NCBI RefSeq assembly: GCF_042754765.1
Contig: NZ_JBHZBH010000040.1
Span: 32,657-72,656 of the forward strand
DNA from: Nonomuraea sp. NPDC059194
Lineage (GTDB): Bacteria; Actinomycetota; Actinomycetes; Streptosporangiales; Streptosporangiaceae
Direction of reading: 5' to 3'
DNA length: 40,000 nucleotides
In this document: piece after piece, positions 16,886-24,030 of the stretch
Layout: every line of letters begins with the position of its first letter
Position numbering within the stretch: the first letter of the stretch is position 1
Translations under genes and position numbers: made by a program
Notes under the pieces: generated by a model
Seen by the model: only the letters and a program-made list of their open reading frames with translations
Told to the model about the DNA's origin: nothing
The model's database searches: none

Positions 16886-17536
16886 ATGACCGAGACCTTC
16901 GCCGACGAGCTCAGGAAGACGACCTGGGGCGATCACGAGGCTGCCGAGCACACCGCCTACCTGGAGGCGTTGATGAACGGCAAGGTCTCCCGCGCCGGCT
17001 ACGCCGAGATGGTCGCCCAGCACTACTTCGCCTACGTCGCGCTGGAAGAGGCCGGCCGGGCGCTGGCCGACGACCCCGTCGCCGCCCCCTTCGTGCGGGC
17101 CGAACTGGAGCGGGTGCCCGCCCTGGAGCGCGACCTGGAGAGCCTGTACGGCCCTGCCTGGCGCGAGGAGATCAAGCCGTCCAAGTCCACGCTCACCTAC
17201 GTCGCGCGCATCAACCAGGTCGCCGACTGGCCCGGCGGCTTCATCGCCCACCACTACACCCGCTACCTCGGCGACCTGTCCGGCGGCCAAGTGATCAGGA
17301 AGGTCGCCGAGCGCACCTACCAGTTCGAGGACGAGGGCGGTATCAGCTTCTACCTGTTCCCCAACATCCCCGACCTCAAGGCGTTCAAGGTCGAGTACCG
17401 GGACCAGCTCAACGCCCTCGACCTGGACGACGTCGAGCGCAAGCGGATCATCCGCGAGGCACTGCTGGCCTACCAGCTCAACACCGAGGTGCTCGTCGAG
17501 ATCGGCAAGCGGCTGCCGGACTACCTGGTCGCATGA
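16886..17536 (+). CDS. Heme oxygenase (biliverdin-producing, HmuO/HO-1 family)
   Basis: Start taken at ATG 16886, 5 nt after GGAGGG; the track GTG at 16847 lies inside the operator. The proximal-His region (TTWGDHEAAEHTAY) is present. The canonical distal-helix motif HHYTRYLGDLSGGQVIRK is essentially identical to AHAYTRYLGDLSGGQVLKK of HO-1. Confidence 0.85.
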   Translation: MTETFADELRKTTWGDHEAAEHTAYLEALMNGKVSRAGYAEMVAQHYFAYVALEEAGRALADDPVAAPFVRAELERVPALERDLESLYGPAWREEIKPSKSTLTYVARINQVADWPGGFIAHHYTRYLGDLSGGQVIRKVAERTYQFEDEGGISFYLFPNIPDLKAFKVEYRDQLNALDLDDVERKRIIREALLAYQLNTEVLVEIGKRLPDYLVA

Positions 17537-18714
17537 GCTTCCCCGTTCCGGTGCGATCCCTGGGCCGGCCGCGTCTGCTGGCCGGACTGCCCGCCGGCGG
17601 GCCTGAGCCGACCGGCGAGCAGGTCGTGGAGATCGCGGCGGCGGCGGGCATCCGCGGCCGGGGCGGAGCGGGCTTCCCGCTCGCGGTGAAGCTCCGCTCC
17701 GTCGCGGCCGGATTCGTGATCGCCAACGGCGAGGAAGGCGAGCCCGCCTCGGTCAAGGACCGCTACCTGCTGCGTGAACAGCCGTCCCTGGTGCTGCGCG
17801 GGCTGGAACTGGCGGCGCGTGCCGTACGGGCCGAGCGATCTTTCCTGTATCTCAGCGACCCCGTCGCGGCTGCTCGGGTGCGGGCGGTCGCGCCCGCCGA
17901 GGTCGAGATCGTGCAGGTGTCACCCGCCTACGTGGCAGGAGAGGAAACGGCCGTCGTCCGCGCCGTCGGCGGCGGCCCGGCGCTTCCGACGGCCAAACCC
18001 CCCCGGCCCTGGCAGTCAGGGCTGCTCGGACGGCCGACCCTGGTCGGCAACGTCGAAACCCTGGCGCAGCTCGCGCTGGCCGTACACCTCGGACCTGAGG
18101 CGTATCGCGCGGTCGGTACTGATGACTCGCCGGGCACCCTTCTCGCCACGGTCTCCGGTGCGGGACAGGCTCCCGCTCTCTACGAGGTGCCGTACGGCAT
18201 GCCGTTCGGCACCCTTGTGGCGCAGCACGTGGGCTCGGCGGCCGAGGTGACCGGCGTCGTGGCGGGCGGGTTCGCCGGCGGTCTGCTACCCGCCCCCGCG
18301 CTCGTCCTGCCCCTGACGCACGCCGCCTTCGCGAGCGCGGGAAGCACGCTCGGCTGCGGCGCCTTCGTGCTGCTGGCCGGTGACTGCCCCGTGGGGGTGG
18401 CCGCCGAACTGGCGCGCTTCTTCGACGAGGAGAACGCCCGCCAGTGCGGGCCGTGCGTCAAGGGCAGCGCGGGGGTCGCCGAGGTGCTGGCCCGGCTCAC
18501 GGCCGGAGCAGCGACCGGCGAGGACGTCGAGCGGCTGGAGCGGTGGGGGGAGGGGCTGGCCGGGCGCGGCAACTGCGCCACGCCCGACGCGGTGTCAGTT
18601 CTGGTCGGTTCGCTCTTCCGGCACCACCGCGAGCGGGTGCGGGCGCATGTGGACTCCAGGTGCGCCACCTGCGCCCCGCACGATTTCCGTATTCGACTTG
18701 AGGAGAATGCATGA
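17533..18714 (+). CDS. NuoF-like (respiratory complex I 51-kDa subunit family) flavoprotein, stand-alone
   Basis: 393 aa with an ATGA overlap to the heme oxygenase stop. It has GIRGRGGAGFP (FMN site), ANGEEGEPASVKDRYLL (NADH site) and YVAGEETAVV..KPPRP..GRPTLVGNVETL. The C-terminal Fe-S region is FFDEENARQCGPCVKG...GRGNCATPD. Confidence 0.75.
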   Translation: MSFPVPVRSLGRPRLLAGLPAGGPEPTGEQVVEIAAAAGIRGRGGAGFPLAVKLRSVAAGFVIANGEEGEPASVKDRYLLREQPSLVLRGLELAARAVRAERSFLYLSDPVAAARVRAVAPAEVEIVQVSPAYVAGEETAVVRAVGGGPALPTAKPPRPWQSGLLGRPTLVGNVETLAQLALAVHLGPEAYRAVGTDDSPGTLLATVSGAGQAPALYEVPYGMPFGTLVAQHVGSAAEVTGVVAGGFAGGLLPAPALVLPLTHAAFASAGSTLGCGAFVLLAGDCPVGVAAELARFFDEENARQCGPCVKGSAGVAEVLARLTAGAATGEDVERLERWGEGLAGRGNCATPDAVSVLVGSLFRHHRERVRAHVDSRCATCAPHDFRIRLEENA

Positions 18715-18899
18715 AGGTCGCCATTGACGCTTCTGTCTGCGACGGCAAGGGCTACTGCAAGCGCTTCGCCCCAGAGGTGTTCGGCCTGGATGAGTGGGGC
18801 TACGGCAAGGTGCTCGTCGAGGAGGTGCCGCCGGAGCAGGAGGCCAACGCCCTGGCTGCGGTGGAAGCCTGCCCGCTCCAGGCCATCAACACGATGTGA
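18711..18899 (+). CDS. Small single-cluster ferredoxin (3Fe-4S/4Fe-4S type)
   Basis: 62 aa with an ATGA overlap to the upstream stop. The cysteine pattern CDGKGYC ... CP matches actinomycete single-cluster ferredoxins. Confidence 0.8.
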   Translation: MKVAIDASVCDGKGYCKRFAPEVFGLDEWGYGKVLVEEVPPEQEANALAAVEACPLQAINTM

Positions 18900-18903
18900 A
18901 CGA

Positions 18904-18930
18904 GGGCTGCCTCCGGGTGGGAGGCAGCCC
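18904..18930. terminator. Bidirectional hairpin between convergent genes
   Basis: A perfect 11-bp stem GGGCTGCCTCC / GGAGGCAGCCC with the loop GGGTG, followed by GTTTG. It lies between the ferredoxin stop (18899) and the second heme oxygenase stop (18940). Confidence 0.65.
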
Positions 18931-18939
18931 GTTTGCCGC

Positions 18940-19602
18940 TCAGCCGAGGTCGAAGGTCTCGCCCAGCTCGACGGTGATGGCGGCGTTGCCGTTGAAGGCC
19001 TGGTTGCCCTCGTCCACCAGTGCCGGGACGTCCTCGTCGGTGACCGGGATCGCATTCATCCGGGCGTGGTATTCGCCGACGAACGCGTGAGTGTCCTCGA
19101 TCTCGGCGAAGTCGTAGAAGGCGGTGCCTTCGCCTCCGGTCAGGCCGTAGGTGGTCGCGAGCATCTTGCCGAGCGTGGCCCCGCCGTGCAGGTAACCCGC
19201 GTAGCGGATCCAGTGATGGGGCACCAACCCGAGCGGCCACTCGTCCCTGACCCGCTCCAGCCGGGCGACGTAGGCGTCGGTGGCCGGTGAGGTCTCCAGG
19301 GCCTGTCGCCAGTCCCGGCCGTAGAAGTGCGCCAGGTCCTTCTCGATCGCCTCGGTGCGGTGGAGTTGCGGCAGGTGCAGCACGCCGACCGCCGGGTCGT
19401 CGCGCAGCGCCTCCGTGGTGCGCTCCAGGGCGGCATAGACGGCGTGGAAGCGCACCAACCAGAGGCGGTAGGCCTCCTCGGTGAGTTTGCCCTGGAACAG
19501 GGCGAGCATGTAGGGCGTGTTCTCGGCCGCACGATGGGCCTCCGTCGTCCCCTTGTAGAGCAGCCGGGACAGAGGATCGCGGTCCTGCGAGATGGGTTCC
19601 AT
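18940..19602 (-). CDS. Divergent heme-oxygenase paralog
   Basis: Start at internal ATG 19602 (MEPISQDRDPLSRLLYKGTTEAHRAAENTPYM..), after GAGGAG plus 4 nt. The proximal-His motif is canonical. The distal-helix motif reads HHWIRYAGYLHGGATLGK instead of ..YLGDLSGGQ... Confidence 0.75.
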   Translation of the reverse strand: MEPISQDRDPLSRLLYKGTTEAHRAAENTPYMLALFQGKLTEEAYRLWLVRFHAVYAALERTTEALRDDPAVGVLHLPQLHRTEAIEKDLAHFYGRDWRQALETSPATDAYVARLERVRDEWPLGLVPHHWIRYAGYLHGGATLGKMLATTYGLTGGEGTAFYDFAEIEDTHAFVGEYHARMNAIPVTDEDVPALVDEGNQAFNGNAAITVELGETFDLG

Positions 19603-19640
19603 GGGTCTCCTCATCTTTATGACGACATGCCACAAAGATA

Positions 19641-19655
19641 ACGACAACTTGTCGT
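19641..19655. promoter_or_regulatory. Candidate operator, perfect palindrome ACGACA-act-TGTCGT
   Basis: The arms are perfectly complementary and are followed by AAAAAC. The site lies in the 80-bp divergent region between the second heme oxygenase start (19602) and the TetR start (19683). An isolated ACGACA half-site lies at 19622-19627. Confidence 0.65.
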
Positions 19656-19682
19656 AAAAACAATGGAACGGCGTTCCTGGTC

Positions 19683-20324
19683 GTGGCTGTGATGGTCTCG
19701 GCTGCTGTCGCGTGCGAAGATGCCGATGTGCCCCGAATCTCCGCCGCGAACCTGAGCGAGCATCGCGCGCAGACCCTGGAACGCATCTTCGCAGCGGTCT
19801 CCCGGCTGTCGCGCAGCCAGGCCACCGACGACATCTCCATGACCGACGTCGCCGCAGCGGCCGGAGTGGCACGCACCGTGCTCTACAACTACTTCCCCGA
19901 CAAGGCCTCGCTGCTGCTGGCCTTCAGCGAGCGGGTCACCGAGTACTTCGTCGAGCGGTTCGAGCGCGACCTGCCGACGTCAGCCGGCGCATCCGAACGG
20001 GTTGCCGTGTTCATCCGGCTCACCCTCGACGGGCTGCTGGCTCATCCCCACCCCGACGCGGCCGAGATGTCCGTGGCTCTGGGCGCCGAGGCCTATCACG
20101 CGCTGGCGGGACATGTCGCGCCGATGCAGCGGATCCTCGCCGAGATCATCGCGGAGGGCGTGCGAACGGGGGAGTTTCGCCCGCTCGAACCTGACACTGC
20201 GGCACGCAGCGTCATGGGGGTCATCGGTGCCGAGCGCATACCGCTCGTTCAAGGGCGGATTGGCCTGGACGAGGCGCGGCGCGCCGTGACGTCCTTCGTG
20301 CAAAACGCTCTCCGGAAGGAATAG
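19683..20324 (+). CDS. TetR-family transcriptional regulator
   Basis: The N-terminal HTH (ISMTDVAAAAGVARTVLYNYFPDKASLL) is typical of TetR. The start is uncertain: GTG 19683, ATG 19692 and GTG 19728 are all possible. Confidence 0.85.
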   Translation: MAVMVSAAVACEDADVPRISAANLSEHRAQTLERIFAAVSRLSRSQATDDISMTDVAAAAGVARTVLYNYFPDKASLLLAFSERVTEYFVERFERDLPTSAGASERVAVFIRLTLDGLLAHPHPDAAEMSVALGAEAYHALAGHVAPMQRILAEIIAEGVRTGEFRPLEPDTAARSVMGVIGAERIPLVQGRIGLDEARRAVTSFVQNALRKE

Positions 20325-20527
20325 CTGCCCAGGAACGCCCACGACCTCGTACCCGCCGGCCGAGCGCGAGACCCCGTTTCGTGGAGGGTCGCCCACCCGA
20401 TGTGGCAAGCGGGCTGAGCGCCCCGGTGGGACCAGCATCAGTCCACCCTCAGCGCCCGATCCAGCTTGCCCTATTCTAAAAATCTTAGCTATAAGGTAAA
20501 TTTGCCAGGTCGAGAGGGAGGAAGCAG

Positions 20528-21982
20528 GTGCAACCAGCAGACGAGATCCTCGTGGGCGGGAAGTGGCGGGGCGGCTCAGGCCCCGTCATCGAGACGGCCG
20601 ACCCCGCCACCGGCCAGGTGATCGCCCGGATCCACGGAGCGGGCGTCGACGACGTGGCGGACGCCGTGCGGGCCGGGCAGCGGGCCGTCGCCGACCCGGC
20701 CTGGCGCGACCTGCTCCCGCATGAGCGGGCGCGGTACCTGGCGCGGATCGCCGACCTGGTCGACGGGCACGCCGAGGACCTGGCCCGGCTGCAGACGGCC
20801 GACACCGGTAAGTCGATCAACGAGACCAGGGCTCTGGTCGCCAGCGCGGCGGGCACCTTCCGCTACTTCGCGGCGGCGCTGGAGACGCTGGAAGGCGCGC
20901 TGACCCCGTCCCGCGGGCCGTACCTCACGATGAGCGTGCACGAGCCGATCGGCGTGGTCGGCGCGATCACCCCGTGGAACTCGCCCATCGCCAGCGACGC
21001 CCAGAAGATCGCCCCGGCGCTGGCCGCGGGGAACGCGGTGGTGCTCAAGCCCGCTGAATGGACGCCGCTCGTGTCGCTCGCGCTGGGCCGTCTGGTCACC
21101 GACTCAGGTCTGCCGCCGGGGCTGCTGTCGGTGCTGCCGGGAGAGGGGCGGGTGGTCGGCGATGCGATCGTCCGCCATCCCGGCGTGGGCAAGGTCTCCT
21201 TCACCGGCGGCACCGCCACCGGCAGGGCCATCGGCGCGGTCGCCGCGGAGAAGATCATGCCGGTCTCGCTGGAGCTGGGCGGCAAGTCGCCCACCATCGT
21301 CTTCCCGGACGCCGACCTGGACCAGGTCGTGGCCGGGGTGCTGTTCGGGATCTTCTCCTCGTCCGGGCAGAGCTGCATCGCCGGATCGCGCCTCTTCGTC
21401 CACGCCGACGTCTACGACGAGGTTCTCGCCCGGCTGGTCGAGCGGGCCGGCAAGCTGCGGGTCGGGCCGGGCGTCGACCCGGCGACCCAGGTGGCCCCGC
21501 TCGTGACGCACGCGCACCGGGACCGGGTGGCGGCCATGGTCGACCGGGCACGGGACGAGGGGGCCAGGGTGCTGTGCGGTGGCCGGGCACCGGACGGCCC
21601 CGGAGCCTATTACCCGCCGACGATCCTGGACGGCCTGGACAACGATTCGGCCACCTGCCAGGAGGAGATCTTCGGCCCGGTGCTCGTCGCGCTGCCGTTC
21701 GCCGACGAGGACGACCTGGTCGCCCGCGCCAACGCGTCGGTGTACGGCCTGGCCTGCGGCATCTGGACCCGCGACTACCGTACGGCCTGGCGGGTCGCCA
21801 GGCGGGTGGAGGCGGGCACGGTCTGGATCAACACCTACAAGCAGTTCAGCGTCTCCACGCCGTTCGGCGGGATGAAGGAGAGCGGGCTCGGCCGGGAGAA
21901 GGGGCGCGAGGGCATCCTCGCATACACCCGGCAGAAGAGCGTCTACCTGGGGCTCAGCGAAGACCCGTTGCCCTGGGCTTGA
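20528..21982 (+). CDS. NAD(P)-dependent aldehyde dehydrogenase
   Basis: 484 aa with a GTG start after GAGGGAGGAAG. The catalytic motifs ELGGKSP and SSGQSCIAGSR (nucleophilic Cys) and FTGGTATG are present. Confidence 0.9.
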   Translation: MQPADEILVGGKWRGGSGPVIETADPATGQVIARIHGAGVDDVADAVRAGQRAVADPAWRDLLPHERARYLARIADLVDGHAEDLARLQTADTGKSINETRALVASAAGTFRYFAAALETLEGALTPSRGPYLTMSVHEPIGVVGAITPWNSPIASDAQKIAPALAAGNAVVLKPAEWTPLVSLALGRLVTDSGLPPGLLSVLPGEGRVVGDAIVRHPGVGKVSFTGGTATGRAIGAVAAEKIMPVSLELGGKSPTIVFPDADLDQVVAGVLFGIFSSSGQSCIAGSRLFVHADVYDEVLARLVERAGKLRVGPGVDPATQVAPLVTHAHRDRVAAMVDRARDEGARVLCGGRAPDGPGAYYPPTILDGLDNDSATCQEEIFGPVLVALPFADEDDLVARANASVYGLACGIWTRDYRTAWRVARRVEAGTVWINTYKQFSVSTPFGGMKESGLGREKGREGILAYTRQKSVYLGLSEDPLPWA

Positions 21983-22494
21983 GCGGCGCGCCCGGCCGCC
22001 TCCAGGGAGCTCTCCAGCCGGGACAGCAGGCGGGCGAGCTGGCGCTGCTCCACGTCGGTCAGCTTGGCCAGCATCCGCTGCTCGTTGGCGAAGTGCGTCT
22101 GCGCCACCCGCTCGACCAGGTCGAGCCCGGCGTCGGTCAGCTGCGCGTAGACGACGCGCCGGTCGTCGGGGTCGCGCTCCCTGACGACCAGCCCCGCCTT
22201 CTCCAGCCGATCGACGCGCAGTGTCACCCCGCCCGTGCTGACCAGCGAGGTCTCGGCGAGCTGGCCCGCGGTCATCCGGTATGGCGAGCCGGAGCGGCGT
22301 AGGGCGGTCAGTACGTCGAAGGCCGCCATGCTGATGCCGTACGTCTCGAAGACCTCGTTCAGCAGCACCTGGTACCGCAGGAAGCTGCGGTGCAGGCGGC
22401 CGAACACGGCCAGGGGCGCGATGTCCACCTCGGGAAGCTCGCGCCTCCACTGCTCCATGATCTGGTCCACCGCGTCGGATGATCTGCGCGTCAT
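21943..22494 (-). CDS. MarR-family transcriptional regulator
   Basis: 183 aa. The winged-HTH region (FDVLTALRRSGSPYRMTAGQLAETSLVSTGGVTLRVDRLEKAGLVVRERDPDDRRVV) is a canonical MarR pattern. Its 3' end overlaps the aldehyde dehydrogenase 3' end by 40 bp. Confidence 0.9.
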   Translation of the reverse strand: MTRRSSDAVDQIMEQWRRELPEVDIAPLAVFGRLHRSFLRYQVLLNEVFETYGISMAAFDVLTALRRSGSPYRMTAGQLAETSLVSTGGVTLRVDRLEKAGLVVRERDPDDRRVVYAQLTDAGLDLVERVAQTHFANEQRMLAKLTDVEQRQLARLLSRLESSLEAAGRAAQAQGNGSSLSPR

Positions 22495-22597
22495 GAGAAA
22501 AGCCTAAAGGGGACTTGTGCGTGAGGAATCTGACTGCTAGAAAGCTTGTACATCAATATTTTGGTCCTAAGATAATTTCCCCAGATAGGAGGGGCCA
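22495..22597. promoter_or_regulatory. AT-rich divergent MarR/cupin promoter region
   Basis: This is the only intergenic space between the divergent MarR gene and the first catabolic gene. It is locally AT-rich (..aagcttgtacatcaatattttggtcctaagataatttcc..). A GATAAT hexamer sits at 22571-22576, 22 nt before the ATG. I found no convincing -35 element or operator. Confidence 0.4.
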
Positions 22598-23095
22598 ATG
22601 ACCGATCTTGACAAGCTGATCGACTCGGCTATTGCCACGCGGGAGAGCCGCCACGAGGACTGGGACACCCTGGGCTTCCAGGCCAAGGCCGGGGACGAGT
22701 TCAGGCGTGCCCAGATCCGCTACATCGGCTCAGGGGCCACCGGCAATCACGAGACCGACCACCGCATCCTGCCGGCCGAGCACTTCACCTTCTCCAACAT
22801 GCGGCTGCCCGCAGGGGCCGTCGGCCCCGAGCACACCCACCATGACGCGGAAGAGGTGTTCTTCGTCCTGGAGGGCACCCTGGAGGTCACCGTCCACGAC
22901 GTCGAGGACGGCACCAGGACCGCGTCCAGGATCCTCGGCTACCGCGACCTGATCCGGGTCCCCGCGGGGGTGCCACGCAGCCTGCGCAACATCGGCGACG
23001 GTGACGCGCTGTTCTGCGTCGTCATCGGCGCCGCCAAGCCGCAGATCCCGACCTACCCGCCGACCTCGGCGGTGCACGGCATCTCCAGGGACTGA
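22598..23095 (+). CDS. Cupin-domain protein
   Basis: 165 aa with an AGGAGGGG RBS. The cupin motifs are G.EHTHHDAEEVFFVLEG and ..LIRVPAGVPRSLRN. Confidence 0.7.
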   Translation: MTDLDKLIDSAIATRESRHEDWDTLGFQAKAGDEFRRAQIRYIGSGATGNHETDHRILPAEHFTFSNMRLPAGAVGPEHTHHDAEEVFFVLEGTLEVTVHDVEDGTRTASRILGYRDLIRVPAGVPRSLRNIGDGDALFCVVIGAAKPQIPTYPPTSAVHGISRD

Positions 23096-23096
23096 C

Positions 23097-24020
23097 ATGG
23101 TCGCGCTGCGCCTTCACCAGATCACGTGGCTCGCCGAGGGGGTCGTCCGCCTCGAACTCACCGATCCCCGTGGCGGCGCCGCCCTGCCCTCCTGGGAGCC
23201 GGGCGCACATCTCTCGCTGCACCTGCCGAACGGCCAGATCAGGGAGTACTCCCTGTGCGGCGACCCCGCCGACGGCCGGGCCTACGCGGTCGCCGTGCAG
23301 CGGGACGAGCGGTCACGGGGCGGCAGCGCGCACGTGCACGAGCGGCTGAGGGTGGGCGACCTCATCGAGGTCGACGGGCCGAAGAACAACTTCGCGCTGG
23401 TGGACGCGCCGTCGTACCTGCTTGTCGCGGGCGGGATCGGGATCACGCCGATCAAGACCATGGCGGAGGCGCTGGAGGCCGCGGGCAAGGACTGGCGGCT
23501 GTTCTACTGCGGTAGGTCGCGAGACCGAATGGCCTTCGCCGACGGCTTCGGCGACCGCGTCACCCTGCACTGCGACGACGAGGCCGGTTCCCCGCCCGAC
23601 CTGGCCGCGGTGATCGCCCGAGCCCCCGCCGACGCGCTGGTCTACTGCTGCGGCCCCGAGCCGCTGATCCAGGCCGTGGAGCGGGCGCTGGACGACCCCG
23701 CGCGGCTGCGCGTCGAGCGGTTCCGCGCTCCCGAGCAGCCCAGGGGCTCCGCGGCCGAGGCGCCGTTCACGGTGGTCTGCCGCGACCGGCGGTTCACCGT
23801 TGAGCCGGGCAAGTCGATTCTGGAAACCCTCCGCGCGAACGGCCTGGACGCCCCCTCCTCCTGTGAGGAGGGCATCTGCGGCACCTGCGAGACCCGGGTG
23901 CTCGGCGGCGAGCCCGACCACCGCGACTTCCTGCTCACCGACGCAGAAAAGGCCGCGGGCACGTCGATGATGCTCTGCGTCTCCCGCGCCCGCACCCCCG
24001 AACTAGTCCTCGACCTCTGA
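23097..24020 (+). CDS. PDR/VanB-type oxidoreductase (flavin + NAD-binding + plant-type 2Fe-2S), Rieske-oxygenase reductase
   Basis: Start at ATG 23097, 1 nt after the cupin stop. It has the REYSL flavin motif, the GGIGITP NAD(P)H motif and the C-terminal CEEGICGTCETRV...C 2Fe-2S ferredoxin domain. Confidence 0.85.
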   Translation: MVALRLHQITWLAEGVVRLELTDPRGGAALPSWEPGAHLSLHLPNGQIREYSLCGDPADGRAYAVAVQRDERSRGGSAHVHERLRVGDLIEVDGPKNNFALVDAPSYLLVAGGIGITPIKTMAEALEAAGKDWRLFYCGRSRDRMAFADGFGDRVTLHCDDEAGSPPDLAAVIARAPADALVYCCGPEPLIQAVERALDDPARLRVERFRAPEQPRGSAAEAPFTVVCRDRRFTVEPGKSILETLRANGLDAPSSCEEGICGTCETRVLGGEPDHRDFLLTDAEKAAGTSMMLCVSRARTPELVLDL

Positions 24021-24030
24021 GGGAGAAGCC

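Noticed and set aside
19622-19627. An extra ACGACA half-site 14 nt upstream of the perfect palindrome in the HO2/TetR region.
   Set aside because: The expected partner arm three nt downstream (CACAAA) does not match TGTCGT, so it is not a full operator copy. I kept it only as a note on the neighbouring site.
21943-21982. A 40-bp convergent overlap of the aldehyde dehydrogenase and MarR 3' ends.
   Set aside because: Both reading frames keep family-typical C-termini. Such overlaps are common in compact high-GC genomes, and there is no evidence of a special regulatory role.
20482-22573. A shared heptamer, ATCTTAG at 20482-20488 (AT-rich region upstream of the aldehyde dehydrogenase) and its reverse complement at 22567-22573 (MarR/cupin region). 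I considered it as a possible MarR operator.
   Set aside because: A 7-mer shared between two AT-rich stretches is weak evidence. The flanks do not form a convincing inverted repeat (only CTTA-N4-TAAG at 20484-20495).
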